Made by a program: the position numbers and the translations under genes. Below the pieces are notes generated by a model that saw only the letters and a list, made by a program, of their open reading frames with translations, made no database searches and was not told the origin of the DNA. Shown piece after piece: positions 1-9,855 of a DNA stretch of 64,000 nucleotides; position 1 is the first letter of the stretch; each line of letters starts with the position of its first letter. This stretch comes from Chloroflexi bacterium OHK40 (GTDB lineage: Bacteria > Chloroflexota > Chloroflexia > Chloroflexales > Chloroflexaceae), in contig SFCB01000064.1 in NCBI GenBank assembly GCA_004367505.1, forward strand, positions 692 through 64,691, read 5' to 3'.

Positions 1-1
1 C

Positions 2-919
2 AATGTGATCACCCCCGCCGCCCTGGGCGAGACGGCGCTCGCCCTCGGCGCGAGCCACGGCCTGCGGGTGACGGTCCTCGACAAGGCCGCGCTCCAGGAG
101 CAGGGCTTCGGCGGCATCCTGGCGGTGGGTCAGGGCTCGGCCAACGAGCCTCGCTTCATCGTGATGGAGTATGGCGAGGTGGCTGAGGGCCGACCCACGA
201 TCTGCCTGGTGGGGAAGGGCATCACCTTCGACACCGGCGGCATCAGTATCAAGCCGGCTGAGGGCATGGACAACATGAAGATGGACATGGGCGGCGCCGC
301 CGCCGTGTTCGGCGCCATGCAGACGGTCGCCGAGCTCGCGCTGCCCCTGCACGTGGTCGGCCTGATCTGTGCTGCTGAGAATATGCCCGGTGGCACGGCC
401 TACCGCCCCGGCGATATCATCACCACGCTGAGCGGGAAGACGGTTGAGGTGCTCAACACCGACGCCGAGGGTCGGATCGTGCTTGCCGACGGCCTGTTCT
501 ATGCCCAGCGCTACCGGCCCGCCGCGATTGTCGATCTCGCCACCCTCACCGGCGCTATCGCGATTGCCCTTGGCCCCCACGCGATCGGGATGATGGGCAC
601 CAGCCAGGAGTTGATCGATCGGCTGAGCCGCGCCGGGCAGATCAGCGCCGAGCGCCCATGGCAGCTCCCCCTCTGGGATGAGTATCGTGATGCGATGAAG
701 AGCGAGATTGCCGACCTGAAGAACGTTGGTATTCGCCAGGGCGGCGCGATCAATGCCGCCGGCTTTCTCGCCGCCTTCGTCGGCGACTACCCCTGGGTTC
801 ACCTGGATATTGCCGGAACCGCCTGGGTGGATCGCCCAACTCGACCCTATCAATCCCGTGGAGCCACCGGGGTTGGGGTCCGGTTGCTGACCGAGTTGCT
901 GCAGGGGTACCTTCACTAA
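2..919 (+). CDS. pepA: Leucyl aminopeptidase (peptidase family M17), C-terminal catalytic part; the 5' end lies outside the window
   Basis: The reading frame is open to the window edge. It carries the M17 signature NTDAEGRIVLADGL plus the VGKGITFDTGGISIKP and MKMDMGGAAAV blocks. Confidence 0.9.
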   Translation, partial: NVITPAALGETALALGASHGLRVTVLDKAALQEQGFGGILAVGQGSANEPRFIVMEYGEVAEGRPTICLVGKGITFDTGGISIKPAEGMDNMKMDMGGAAAVFGAMQTVAELALPLHVVGLICAAENMPGGTAYRPGDIITTLSGKTVEVLNTDAEGRIVLADGLFYAQRYRPAAIVDLATLTGAIAIALGPHAIGMMGTSQELIDRLSRAGQISAERPWQLPLWDEYRDAMKSEIADLKNVGIRQGGAINAAGFLAAFVGDYPWVHLDIAGTAWVDRPTRPYQSRGATGVGVRLLTELLQGYLH

Positions 920-975
920 GACCAGGCGGGCGCCAGGCCCGGGCAGGGTCCCGGGCCTGACCCCTGCAACCGTCA

Positions 976-1881
976 ATGGATCAGTTTATTGTTCGCTTCT
1001 GGGGCACGCGCGGCAGCTACCCGGTCCCCGGCCCGCAGACTGTGCGTTACGGCGGCAACACCACCTGCGTCGAAGTTCAGGCCGGGCCCCACACGCTGAT
1101 TATCGATGCAGGCACCGGGATTATCAACCTCGGCCACGATCTGTTGCGTCGCTCGCAGGAGCGTGGCGGCGTGCCCATTCGGGCCACCATCCTGCTCACG
1201 CACACGCACCACGACCATACCCAGGGCTTTCCCTATTTTCCGCCGGCCTACCTCGGCAGCAGCGTGTTGCACATTCTCGGCCCGCGTACCTTCGAGGAGG
1301 ACCTGGACGAGACGCTTAACCACGCGGTGTTGCCCCCGAGCTTTCCCGTGAGCCTCGGCGAGTTGCCCTCGTTGAAGATCATCCGTAGCATCAGTGAGAG
1401 CGAGACGGTCTTGCTGGACGGTGATCCAAGCGAGCCGCAGGTGTTCAACATCTTCCGCGACCAGATCACCCCTGGCCCCGACGCGGTCCGCGTCCGCGTC
1501 CATAAAAGCTACGCCCACCCGCGCAATGGGGTCTTTATTTACCGCATCGAGTATCACGGCCGCTCGCTGGTTTTCGCCAGCGATACCGAGGGCTATGTCG
1601 ATACCGACCAGCGGCTGGTGGCGTTTGCGCGCGACACCGATCTGCTGATCCACGATGCCCAGTATTCGGGCGCCGACTACACGCGCGGTAAGCAGGGTTG
1701 GGGTCACAGCACGCCCCGGATGGCCTGCGAGGTCGCTCGCCAGGCGGGGGCCAGGCGGCTGGTGCTCTTTCACCACGAGCCCCGCTACGATGATACGGCG
1801 GTCGAGCAGCAGGAGTGCGAGGCGCAGCGTCTCTTCCCGAACAGCCAGGCGGCTAGCGAGGGGCTGGAGATCGCGCTCTGA
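976..1881 (+). CDS. MBL-fold metallo-hydrolase
   Basis: 301-aa ORF with the HxHxDH motif (LLTHTHHDHTQG) and a later HD/H pattern (LIHDAQY, GWGHST, LFHHEP) typical of beta-lactamase-fold hydrolases. Confidence 0.8.
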   Translation: MDQFIVRFWGTRGSYPVPGPQTVRYGGNTTCVEVQAGPHTLIIDAGTGIINLGHDLLRRSQERGGVPIRATILLTHTHHDHTQGFPYFPPAYLGSSVLHILGPRTFEEDLDETLNHAVLPPSFPVSLGELPSLKIIRSISESETVLLDGDPSEPQVFNIFRDQITPGPDAVRVRVHKSYAHPRNGVFIYRIEYHGRSLVFASDTEGYVDTDQRLVAFARDTDLLIHDAQYSGADYTRGKQGWGHSTPRMACEVARQAGARRLVLFHHEPRYDDTAVEQQECEAQRLFPNSQAASEGLEIAL

Positions 1882-2025
1882 ATGGAACCGAGACGACGTT
1901 CCCGTCTGGTGACGCGCGCGATGAGCGGGTGCGGCGGCCCTGCCCCCTGGAGCCGCTCCCTGGGACCCTTTGCTTAAGAACCGCTACGCGGCGTGCTGCC
2001 CGCCTTCTCGCTCGGCGGAGCGCGC

Positions 2026-3360
2026 TTAATCGCTCGGCGCTTCGTTCGTGGAACGTACTACCGGCAACGCGACGTGGAAGAGTTGGTCCACGAAGCGCCG
2101 GACGTAGATTGCCCCGTGTGCCTCGCTGCCCTCGGTCGCGGGCGGGCTTTCGCCCCATGCCACCCAGAGCGGGCCGCCCGCCGGGCTTGAACTGGCGGCG
2201 GCCCGCAGTGCGCCCGCAGGCGCGGCGTCTGGCGCCCGTGGAGCAAGCTCTGCGCCGTCCGGGACGCCAGCTCCATCCAGGGGGCGCGCTACGAGCTCGG
2301 CCAGTTGCCCTGCGGTGGCCGGCCCGGCTGCCCATACCACCATACCGGAACCATCGGGGCCGACTGCCACCGCTGGCCCGCTTCGGGCTAGCGGCTCTGC
2401 CCCGGAGAGCGTGATCGGCTCCTGGGGTTCGAGGTCTGCTCCATCCATGCGGAGCGCCTGCACATCACCAGTACCGGTAGGGGTGTAGGTAGCCCAGGCT
2501 ACTACCAGTCTCCCCGCCGCGTCGGCGGCAATGGAGGGGGTGCGGAGCTCCAGGCTGGTGGAGGACGCGAGCTCGCGGGCCGTGCCCGAGGGGACGCCCG
2601 CCGCGTCGTAGCGCTGTATGCGCAGCGCGGCGCGATCCGGCTCGCCGGGGACCACGCCGAGCGTCAGTTCTTCCCAGATAAGTACGTAGCCGCCGCCGGG
2701 GAGCGCCGCAATTGCGACGCTGAGTTGGTAGGCGCTGTCGGTTGTGGTATCGAAGGGGGCGGCCTCGTTCTGCAGCGGGTTGCCTGCCAGATCGAAGAGG
2801 CGAACGAGCACCGCATCGGCACCGGTGGCGCTGCTGGAGCTGCGCCAGGCCACGGCGAAACCCGCGCCATCTGTGGCTACAGCGGCTGCGTGGTGATTGT
2901 GCGACGTGCTCGTGCTCACCGGGCGATCGGGGCCCTGCGGAGTACCGTCGGCCGCGAGCAGGCGTGCCCACACACGGCTGGCGTTCGTGTCCCAGGCGAC
3001 GACAAAGCCGCCCCCGGGCAGGGCGGCCACCACGGGGCGGCGCTGCTCACCGCTGGAGTCGGCGTTCACCTGGAAGGCCGGGCCGAGAGGCGCGCCCCCA
3101 CGACTCATGCGACGCGCGAAGATCTCGGAGCCGGGGCCGGCGGCGCTCTCGCCCTGCCAGACGACCAGCGCGCTGCCGTCGGGGGCGATGGCGACAGCGG
3201 GGTCGGCATGGTAACGGCCATCGTCGGGGCTCACGCGCTGGGCTGGCCCCATCGCAACCCCCGGAGCCGCGGTGGTGGGCGGCGCGAAGAGTGCGAGCGC
3301 CAGCATAGTGGTGGTGGCGAGGAAGCGGGCGGCAAGGCGGAGGGCCAGTCGGGCTGTCAT
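2026..3360 (-). CDS. Secreted repeat protein, seven copies of a roughly 55-aa GGFVVxW-type repeat (beta-propeller-like), function unknown
   Basis: An internal ATG at 3358-3360 starts MTARLALRLAARFLATTTMLALALFAPPTTAAPG, a signal-peptide-like N-terminus. Seven spaced motifs follow: DGSALVVWQG, GGGFVVAWDT, GAGFAVAWRS, GGGYVLIWEE, AGRLVVAWAT, DGSGMVVWAA, GGPLWVAWGE. The 92-codon extension in the ORF track is Arg/Gly-rich and unlikely to be coding. Confidence 0.7.
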   Translation of the reverse strand: MTARLALRLAARFLATTTMLALALFAPPTTAAPGVAMGPAQRVSPDDGRYHADPAVAIAPDGSALVVWQGESAAGPGSEIFARRMSRGGAPLGPAFQVNADSSGEQRRPVVAALPGGGFVVAWDTNASRVWARLLAADGTPQGPDRPVSTSTSHNHHAAAVATDGAGFAVAWRSSSSATGADAVLVRLFDLAGNPLQNEAAPFDTTTDSAYQLSVAIAALPGGGYVLIWEELTLGVVPGEPDRAALRIQRYDAAGVPSGTARELASSTSLELRTPSIAADAAGRLVVAWATYTPTGTGDVQALRMDGADLEPQEPITLSGAEPLARSGPAVAVGPDGSGMVVWAAGPATAGQLAELVARPLDGAGVPDGAELAPRAPDAAPAGALRAAASSSPAGGPLWVAWGESPPATEGSEAHGAIYVRRFVDQLFHVALPVVRSTNEAPSD

Positions 3361-3581
3361 CGGTTTTAGCGCTCGTAAGGAAGGGCCAGGGTCGCCGGGT
3401 GCGGCCCCGCGCTGGCGTATCCGAGGGCTGCCGTGGTGCGCGTGTGCCGTAGCGCCGGGCGGGGCATTACGGTAGCACGTCGTAGGCCTACCTGTCAATC
3501 GCCAGGAGATAACAATCGTGTCACAGCGCACGAGGGGACCAGAGACAGGGCCATCTGGCACACCTTGCCCATGCTCGCCCC

Positions 3582-3611
3582 TTGCAGAAGACCCGCGAGC
3601 TATGGTATGCT
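3582..3611 (+). promoter_or_regulatory. Sigma-70-type promoter for the acyl-CoA dehydrogenase gene
   Basis: TTGCAG (3582-3587), 18-nt spacer, TATGCT (3606-3611) with an upstream TGG (extended -10). It lies about 40 nt before the ATG at 3653, which has a GAGGAGAG ribosome-binding site. Confidence 0.45.
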
Positions 3612-3652
3612 TATTACGCACCGCGTCATAGACCACTGAGGAGAGAACATCG

Positions 3653-4840
3653 ATGGCGATCCCGGTTCTCGCGCGCGACCTCGACTTCTATCAGTTCGAC
3701 AGCCTGCTGACGCCCGAGGAGCGGGCGTTACGCGAGCAGGTGCGCGCCTTCTGCGATGAAGAAGTACTCCCGATTATCAATGGCTACTGGGAGCGGGCCG
3801 AATTTCCCTTTGAGCTGCTCCCGAAGATTGCGGCGCTGGGGGTTGTCGGCGGCACGATTAAGGGCTACGGATGCCCGGGCCTCAGCCATGTCGCTGTAGG
3901 CGTCGGCGCCATGGAGCTCTCCCGCGGCGACGGGAGCATCGAGACCTTCGTGGGCGTCACTAGCGGCCTGGCCATGCAGTCAATCGCCTTCTGCGGCTCG
4001 GAGGAGCAGAAGCAGCGCTGGTTGCCGCCGATGGCACGTATGGAGCTGATCGGCGCCTTTGGCCTGACCGAGCCCGACGTCGGCTCCGACGCCAGCCACA
4101 TCCGTACCACTGCCCGCCGGGTGGGTGATCGCTACGTGCTGAACGGGGCCAAGCGCTGGATCGGGAACGCGAGCTTCGCCGACGTGATCGTGATCTGGGC
4201 GCAGGATGAGGAGACGGGCAAGGTTGGTGGCTTCCTGGTGGAGCGGGGAACCCCGGGCTTCAGCGCGTCGGTGATTCGCGGCAAAGTGGCCAAGCGCCCG
4301 CTGCTGAACGCCGATATCACGCTCACCAATTGCGAGATCCCCGAGACGAACCGGCTGCCGCTGGCCCGCTCCTTCCGGGATACGGCTGCCGTGCTGAAGG
4401 CCACCCGTTTCGGTGTGGCCTGGGAGGCGGTGGGCCACGCCATGGCCGCCTTCGAGATCGCCCGCGACTACGCTCTGCGGCGCGAGCAGTTTGGCCGGCC
4501 GATCGCCGGGTTCCAGCTGGTGCAGCAGAAGCTGGTGGCGATGCTCGGTGAGCTCACCGCCATTCAGTTGATGGCCTGGCGCCTGAGCAAGCTGCTCGAT
4601 GAGCGTCCAGAGGAGGTGACCGAGGGTATGGCCTCGCTGGCCAAGCAGCAGTGCGCCGCCCGGGCCCGGCAGGTGGTTGCCTGGGGCCGCGAGCTGCTGG
4701 GCGGCAACGGTATTCTGCTCGAACACCACCTCGCTCGCCACTTCGCCGATATGGAGGCCGTCTACACGTACGAGGGCACCAACGAGATCAACACCCTGGT
4801 GGTGGGCCGGGAGATCACCGGGATTGCGGCGTTCGTATGA
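3653..4840 (+). CDS. Acyl-CoA dehydrogenase, glutaryl-CoA-dehydrogenase-like
   Basis: 395-aa ORF with ACAD blocks: FGLTEPDVGSDAS, NGAKRWIGNASFADVIVIWA, and the C-terminal YTYEGTNEINTLVVGREITG. The overall pattern resembles the GcdH subfamily. Confidence 0.88.
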   Translation: MAIPVLARDLDFYQFDSLLTPEERALREQVRAFCDEEVLPIINGYWERAEFPFELLPKIAALGVVGGTIKGYGCPGLSHVAVGVGAMELSRGDGSIETFVGVTSGLAMQSIAFCGSEEQKQRWLPPMARMELIGAFGLTEPDVGSDASHIRTTARRVGDRYVLNGAKRWIGNASFADVIVIWAQDEETGKVGGFLVERGTPGFSASVIRGKVAKRPLLNADITLTNCEIPETNRLPLARSFRDTAAVLKATRFGVAWEAVGHAMAAFEIARDYALRREQFGRPIAGFQLVQQKLVAMLGELTAIQLMAWRLSKLLDERPEEVTEGMASLAKQQCAARARQVVAWGRELLGGNGILLEHHLARHFADMEAVYTYEGTNEINTLVVGREITGIAAFV

Positions 4841-4865
4841 TCTCCCACCCGTGGAGCCCGAACAG

Positions 4866-4914
4866 GTGCCCTTCTCGCGGAAGCGGGAATCCATCCTCCC
4901 CGCGTGCGCGGGGG
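4866..4914 (+). repeat. Copy A of a dispersed palindromic intergenic repeat (degenerate hairpin 1 plus hairpin 2)
   Basis: TTCTCGC-GGAA-GCGGGAA (4872-4889) followed by CCCCGC-GTGC-GCGGGG (4898-4913). It is collinear with the copies at 12017-12053, 56583-56640 and, inverted, 59524-59575. Confidence 0.7.
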
Positions 4915-5086
4915 CAATGAGCCGCTGGGGATTGGCCCGGCAGGGCGGTCCCCAGCCTCCTCGCCTGTGCAGAGGCAGCGGCCCTCGGCTACTGTCGCCA
5001 GGGGCGCGCTCCCCGGGTACGGCATCGTATCCGGGTGGCCCGTGAACACCATGCCTGAAAGACCGCCCGCGCCTCGCGCGTGAGAC

Positions 5087-7012
5087 ATGGCTATAATGGG
5101 GGCCATGCCCTCCCCGCCTGCACCACCGATCCTCCGCTCCTGGCGGCGCTGCCGCGAACGAGCCCTGTCCGCCGATCTGGCCCTGCTGGCCGCGCCCGCG
5201 CCCGGCCTTGCCGCTCAGGAACTGCTGGCCCAGGCCCGCTCGTCGATCGAGGACCTTTACCAGCTGATCGAGCGACCCGGCTTTGCGGTGCTGCTGGCCG
5301 ACGCGGCCGCGGTGGCGATCGATCTGGAGGGCGACCCCGAGCTGCTAGCCCTGGCCGCTTCCTGCGGCGTGGTACCGCCAGTTCACCTCGCCGAGGAACT
5401 GGCCGGCACCAATGCCATCGATCTCGCCCTGCGCGAGGCCCAGCCCGCGCAAACGGCGGGCGCGGAGCACTATGCCCACGCGCTCCATCCGCTGGCCTTT
5501 GCGGCCGCCCCACTCTTTGCGGTGAGTGGCCAGCCCCTCGGCGCGCTGGCGATTGTCACCTACGCTGCGTCGATCCATCCCCACACTCTCGGCCTGGCGA
5601 TCGCCGCCGCCCAGGCCCTCCATAACCAGCTTCGTGCCGACAGGCTGCTCGCCGAGGCCAACGACCAGCTCGCCGAGCTCTACGCGACCCTGGAGACCAT
5701 GAGCGAGGGGCTGGTGTTCATCGGCCCCGGCGATGAGATCCGTCGCATCAACAGCCGGGCTGCCGAGCTGGTGGGTGTGAGCGCGCGAGCGGTGGCGGGG
5801 CGTCGCTTCACCGCCGCGATCGACCCGCCGCCGCTCGTGCGCCTGGCGATCGCCCGCCGCGAGGAGCTCACCGAACACGAGTTGCTCTGGCAGAGCCGCA
5901 AGGGCGCGGTGGCAACCCTCTGCTCGGTGCACCCGGTCTTTGACCGGGGGCGGCGTTACCTCGGCGCGCTGCTCACCATTCGCCCCGCCCAGAGCCTGCA
6001 CCAGCTGGTGCAGCAGGTTGTGGGCGCCCAGGCCCGCTTCACCTTCCGCGATGTGATCGGCCAGAGCCCGGCGATGCTGCAAGCCTTGCACCAGGCCCAC
6101 ATGGCCGCCAATGCTACCGGGAGCGTGCTGTTGCGGGGCGAGCCGGGTGTGGGCAAGGAGCTCTTCGCCCAGGCCATTCACAACGCCAGCTCGCGCGCCG
6201 GTGGCCCCTTTGTCGGGCTCAACTGTGGCGCCGTGCCTCGCCCACTCCTGGCCGGCGAACTCTTCGGTGAGGAGGGCGATCCGCTCGGCGCCACCCAGCC
6301 CGGCCGCCCTGGCAAGATCGAGCTCGCCCGGGGCGGGGTGCTCTACCTCGAAGAGGTGAGCGCGCTGCCGCTCGACCTGCAAACGGCCCTGCTCCGCGCG
6401 ATCGAGATGCGCCGGATCATCCGCAGCGATGGCACCCGACCGCTCCCGATCGATGTGCGGATCATCGCCACCGCTGGCGATGACCTCGAACGCCAGGTGC
6501 GCGAGGGCCGCTTTCGCCCCGACCTCGCCGCGCGCCTCAGCGTGTTCACCGTTGAGATCCCGCCGCTTCGCCAGCGCGGCGACGATCTACTCCTGCTCGT
6601 GAACCATATGCTCCTGTTGCTCGGCGAGCGGATCGGCCGTCAGGTGGCCCTGGCCCCCGATGCGCTCCAGGCGCTGCGCAGCTACCCCTGGCCCGGCAAC
6701 GTGCGTGAGCTGGAGCTCACCCTGGAGCGTACGCTCGCCGGCGGTGAGAAGAGCGTGATCACGCTTGAGGATCTCCCGCCGGCCATCGCCCTCGGCGCGG
6801 CGCCCCTCGCTCCACCGGCGACGGCCAGTCTGGAGGAGCATCACCGCCTCAGCGAGCGTGACGCCATCCTGCGCGCCGGACGCGAGGCCGCCGGCCATCT
6901 CGGGCGCACCGCCGCGCTGCTTGGCGTCAGCCGCGCGACCCTCTGGCGCAAGATGCTCCGCCACGGCCTGACCAGGGAGTCTTTCTGGCACGAGCGCGAA
7001 GAGCGACGCTGA
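5087..7012 (+). CDS. AcoR/NtrC-family AAA+ transcriptional regulator (sensory N-terminus + AAA+ + Fis-type HTH) with a degenerate GAFTGA loop
   Basis: ILRSWRRC N-terminal block; Walker A GEPGVGKELFAQAIH; Walker B VLYLEEV; YPWPGNVRELE; C-terminal HTH AALLGVSRATLWRKM. The start may instead be the in-frame ATG at 5105. Confidence 0.85.
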   Translation: MAIMGAMPSPPAPPILRSWRRCRERALSADLALLAAPAPGLAAQELLAQARSSIEDLYQLIERPGFAVLLADAAAVAIDLEGDPELLALAASCGVVPPVHLAEELAGTNAIDLALREAQPAQTAGAEHYAHALHPLAFAAAPLFAVSGQPLGALAIVTYAASIHPHTLGLAIAAAQALHNQLRADRLLAEANDQLAELYATLETMSEGLVFIGPGDEIRRINSRAAELVGVSARAVAGRRFTAAIDPPPLVRLAIARREELTEHELLWQSRKGAVATLCSVHPVFDRGRRYLGALLTIRPAQSLHQLVQQVVGAQARFTFRDVIGQSPAMLQALHQAHMAANATGSVLLRGEPGVGKELFAQAIHNASSRAGGPFVGLNCGAVPRPLLAGELFGEEGDPLGATQPGRPGKIELARGGVLYLEEVSALPLDLQTALLRAIEMRRIIRSDGTRPLPIDVRIIATAGDDLERQVREGRFRPDLAARLSVFTVEIPPLRQRGDDLLLLVNHMLLLLGERIGRQVALAPDALQALRSYPWPGNVRELELTLERTLAGGEKSVITLEDLPPAIALGAAPLAPPATASLEEHHRLSERDAILRAGREAAGHLGRTAALLGVSRATLWRKMLRHGLTRESFWHEREERR

Positions 7013-7147
7013 CCAGTGCCATCCCGGATCGGATTGGCACTCCCGTACGATTCGCAAGGGCGCCACGGATCTCCAGCGCTCCACGTGCTCCCGGAGCGCG
7101 CCGGGGCCGTGGGCCAGCACGCCGATGCGCGTTCTTCCACGCTCGCG

Positions 7148-8041
7148 TTAGCCTTCGCGCCCTTCGTGGCACCATGCGAGGAAGGCTGCCAGGGCCGGAC
7201 TCTGCGGGCGCCCGCCGACGGTAAGCCGGCTCAACTGCCGGCGCAGGGCGAGCTCTGGCACGCGCACCCTGGCCAGCTGGCTCGCCCCGATCTCACTGCG
7301 GACGGTCTCGATCGGGACGATCGCCAGGCCCGCGCCGGCCCCAACCGCTCGCTTGATCGCTTCGGTGCCGCCGATCTCGATCACGCCTGGCGGCAGCTCC
7401 AGGCCCCGCATCCGCAGGCTGAGCTCGATCACCTCGCGGGTGCCTGATCCCGGCTCGCGGAGCACCAGCGGCGCCGCAAGCAGCCGCGCGAGCGGCACCC
7501 CCTCGGCGCTGGCGAAGGGGTGATCGGGTGGCGCGATCACGACCAGTTCGTCCTCGCGCCATGGCTCCAGCACCACGTCGGCGTCGTCGACTGGCCCCTC
7601 AACGAAGGCGACATCGAGGGGCGTGCTGTGCAAGCGCTCGACGATCTGCCGGGTGTTGCCGATGTCGAGCGTGAGGCGCACACCAGGGTAGCTCCGGTGG
7701 AACGCGGCGACCAGTGGTGGCAGGATGTAGTTCCCGATCGTGCTGCTGGCTCCGATCGCCAGGCTGCCCACCTCCAGGTCGCGCAGCGCGGCGAGAGCCT
7801 GCACCGCTGCCCGCTCACTGGCAAAGATGCGCCGGGCATGGGCCAGTAGCACCGCTCCCGCCGCCGTGAGCACGATCGGCCGCGCTGTGCGATCGATCAG
7901 CACGAGCCCCAACTGTGTTTCGAGTTCACGGGTGGCTTTGGAGACCGCCGGCTGGCTCATGTAGAGGATCTCCGCCGCCCGGCTGAAGCTGCGCGTCTCC
8001 GCCAGGACCGTGAAGATCCGCAGCGCATGGAGGTTGAGCAT
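7148..8041 (-). CDS. LysR-family transcriptional regulator
   Basis: N-terminal LTTR HTH (MLNLHALRIFTVLAETRSFSRAAEILYMSQPAVSKATRELE) and a periplasmic-binding-like C-terminal domain. It is divergent from the UxaA genes. Confidence 0.9.
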   Translation of the reverse strand: MLNLHALRIFTVLAETRSFSRAAEILYMSQPAVSKATRELETQLGLVLIDRTARPIVLTAAGAVLLAHARRIFASERAAVQALAALRDLEVGSLAIGASSTIGNYILPPLVAAFHRSYPGVRLTLDIGNTRQIVERLHSTPLDVAFVEGPVDDADVVLEPWREDELVVIAPPDHPFASAEGVPLARLLAAPLVLREPGSGTREVIELSLRMRGLELPPGVIEIGGTEAIKRAVGAGAGLAIVPIETVRSEIGASQLARVRVPELALRRQLSRLTVGGRPQSPALAAFLAWCHEGREG

Positions 8042-8043
8042 AC

Positions 8044-8060
8044 TATAACTCCAGGTTATA
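8044..8060. promoter_or_regulatory. LTTR-box-like perfect dyad TATAAC-N5-GTTATA
   Basis: TATAACTCCAGGTTATA lies 3 nt beyond the lysR-type start codon, in the divergent intergenic region. It fits the T-N11-A dyad architecture used by LysR regulators. Confidence 0.5.
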
Positions 8061-8242
8061 GAAACATACCGATCCTACGCTGTTAGTGTACGCGCCACCG
8101 TGCTATCGTCGAGTCTACCCCCGGGGGCGGTGCGTGCTCGATCTGCCACAGCGCGTCGGCGTGGGGATGGTGGCGCGCGCCATGCGCTGGCCGCCAGATC
8201 GCCCCTCACGAAGTGGGGTTGGTGTTGGCCAAGGAGGAGACC

Positions 8243-8521
8243 GTGCACAAGTTCCTGATCCACAACCACGGCGACCACGTGGGGGTCGCCACGACGGACA
8301 TCGCGGCCGGTGAGCGGGTGATCGGCGTCTTCATGGACGATGACAGCATGATCGAGGTGGTGGCGAAGGCGGCGGTGCCACTGGGCCACAAGATCGCGAT
8401 CGCCACGGTAGCGGAGGGGGGCGAGGTGCTGAAGTACAACGTGCCGATCGGGCGAACGCCAACCGGCTTCGGGCCCGGCGACTATGTGCACACCCATAAT
8501 CTGAAGACGGCGAGGTGGTGA
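8243..8521 (+). CDS. UxaA-family sugar-acid dehydratase, small SAF-domain subunit
   Basis: The GTG at 8243 is preceded by AAGGAGGA. The sequence [24 protein letters not shown]...[19 protein letters not shown]...PGDYVHTHN matches the N-terminal SAF module of altronate/galactarate dehydratases. Confidence 0.8.
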   Translation: MHKFLIHNHGDHVGVATTDIAAGERVIGVFMDDDSMIEVVAKAAVPLGHKIAIATVAEGGEVLKYNVPIGRTPTGFGPGDYVHTHNLKTARW

Positions 8522-8522
8522 G

Positions 8523-9689
8523 ATGACGATCAACGGACGGCCCCTGCTGGGCTACCGCCGCGAGAATGGCCGCGTCGGCGTGCGCAACCATGTCGTGATC
8601 CTCCCGGTGGACGACATCTCCAACGCGGCGGCCGAGGGTGTCGCCAGCCTGATCGGTGGCACCATGGCGCTGCCTCATGCCTACGGGCGCCTCCAGTACG
8701 GCGCCGATCTTGACCTGCACTTCCGCACGATGATCGGCATCGGCAGCAACCCCAATGTCGCGGCGGTGGTAGTGATCTGCATCGAGCCCAACTGGGCCAA
8801 ACGTGTGGCCGACGGCATCGCGGCGACCGGCAAGCCGGTTGAGTATCTCTCGATCGAGGGCAAGGGCGACCTGGAGACGATCCGCCAGGCGGCCTGGAAG
8901 GCCAGGGAGTTCAGCCAGTGGGCCAGCGAGTTGCAGCGCGAGCCCGTCGAACTGGGCGAGTTGACCGTCAGCATCAAGTGCGGTGAGTCCGACACGACCA
9001 CCGGCCTCGGCTCATGTCCCACCGTTAGCTACGCGGTGGACCGGATCGTCGAGGCGGGCGGTACGGTCTTTTTCGGTGAGACGAGCGAGTTGACCGGCGG
9101 TGAGCACCTGATCGCCGAGCGCATGGCAACCCCCGAGCTTCGGGCGAAGTTTATGGCGGTCTACGACGACTACATCCGCGAGATCAAGGCGCAGGGCGTT
9201 GATCTGCTCGGCTCGCAGCCAACCGAGGGCAATATCGCCGGGGGCCTGACGACGATCGAGGAGAAGGCGCTGGGCAACATCCAGAAGACCGGCAGCCACA
9301 AGGTGATCGGCGTGCTCGCGCCGGCAGAGATGCCCCGAAACGGCCCGGGTACCTACTTCATGGATAGCTCCTCGGCGGCGGCCGAGTGTGTGACGCTGAT
9401 GGCGGCGGGGGGGGCGGTGGTCCACCTTTTTCCCACCGGCCAGGGCAACGTGATCGGTAACCCGATCGAGCCGGTGATCAAGATCTCGGCCAACCCGAAC
9501 ACGGTGCGCCTGATGAGCGAACATATCGACGTAGACGTGAGTGGCTTGCTGGCGCGTACCATGAAGCTGCCCGAGGCAGGCGAGTTGCTGATGGAGTGCC
9601 TGCGCCGCACCGTGAACGGGCGTCTGACGGCCGCCGAGGCGCTCAAGCACCGCGAGTTCTCGATGACGAAGCTCTACCGAAGCGCCTGA
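8523..9689 (+). CDS. UxaA-family sugar-acid dehydratase, large catalytic subunit
   Basis: The ATG lies 1 nt after the upstream stop. Blocks [46 protein letters not shown] and HLFPTGQGN are typical of the UxaA C-terminal domain. Confidence 0.85.
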   Translation: MTINGRPLLGYRRENGRVGVRNHVVILPVDDISNAAAEGVASLIGGTMALPHAYGRLQYGADLDLHFRTMIGIGSNPNVAAVVVICIEPNWAKRVADGIAATGKPVEYLSIEGKGDLETIRQAAWKAREFSQWASELQREPVELGELTVSIKCGESDTTTGLGSCPTVSYAVDRIVEAGGTVFFGETSELTGGEHLIAERMATPELRAKFMAVYDDYIREIKAQGVDLLGSQPTEGNIAGGLTTIEEKALGNIQKTGSHKVIGVLAPAEMPRNGPGTYFMDSSSAAAECVTLMAAGGAVVHLFPTGQGNVIGNPIEPVIKISANPNTVRLMSEHIDVDVSGLLARTMKLPEAGELLMECLRRTVNGRLTAAEALKHREFSMTKLYRSA

Positions 9690-9855
9690 TGCGAATGGCT
9701 ATCGTCCTTCGGGCGCATCCCTGCATGGGCTGGGCGGCGTGGCGCGGCGGATGGCCACGTGGCGTACACGACCGATATACGGGCGGTCCTGGTGGCCGTA
9801 GGCGACCGATCTGCGGGCCGCCCGGCGACGGGTTCTGATCACGGTGGAGGCGGCG

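Noticed and set aside
5092-5107. A TATAAT at 5092-5097, 7 nt before the in-frame ATG at 5105. This would suggest a leaderless transcript for the AAA+ regulator.
   Set aside because: There is no -35 element or properly spaced TG extension, and the hexamer lies inside the longest ORF. It is noted only as an alternative start.
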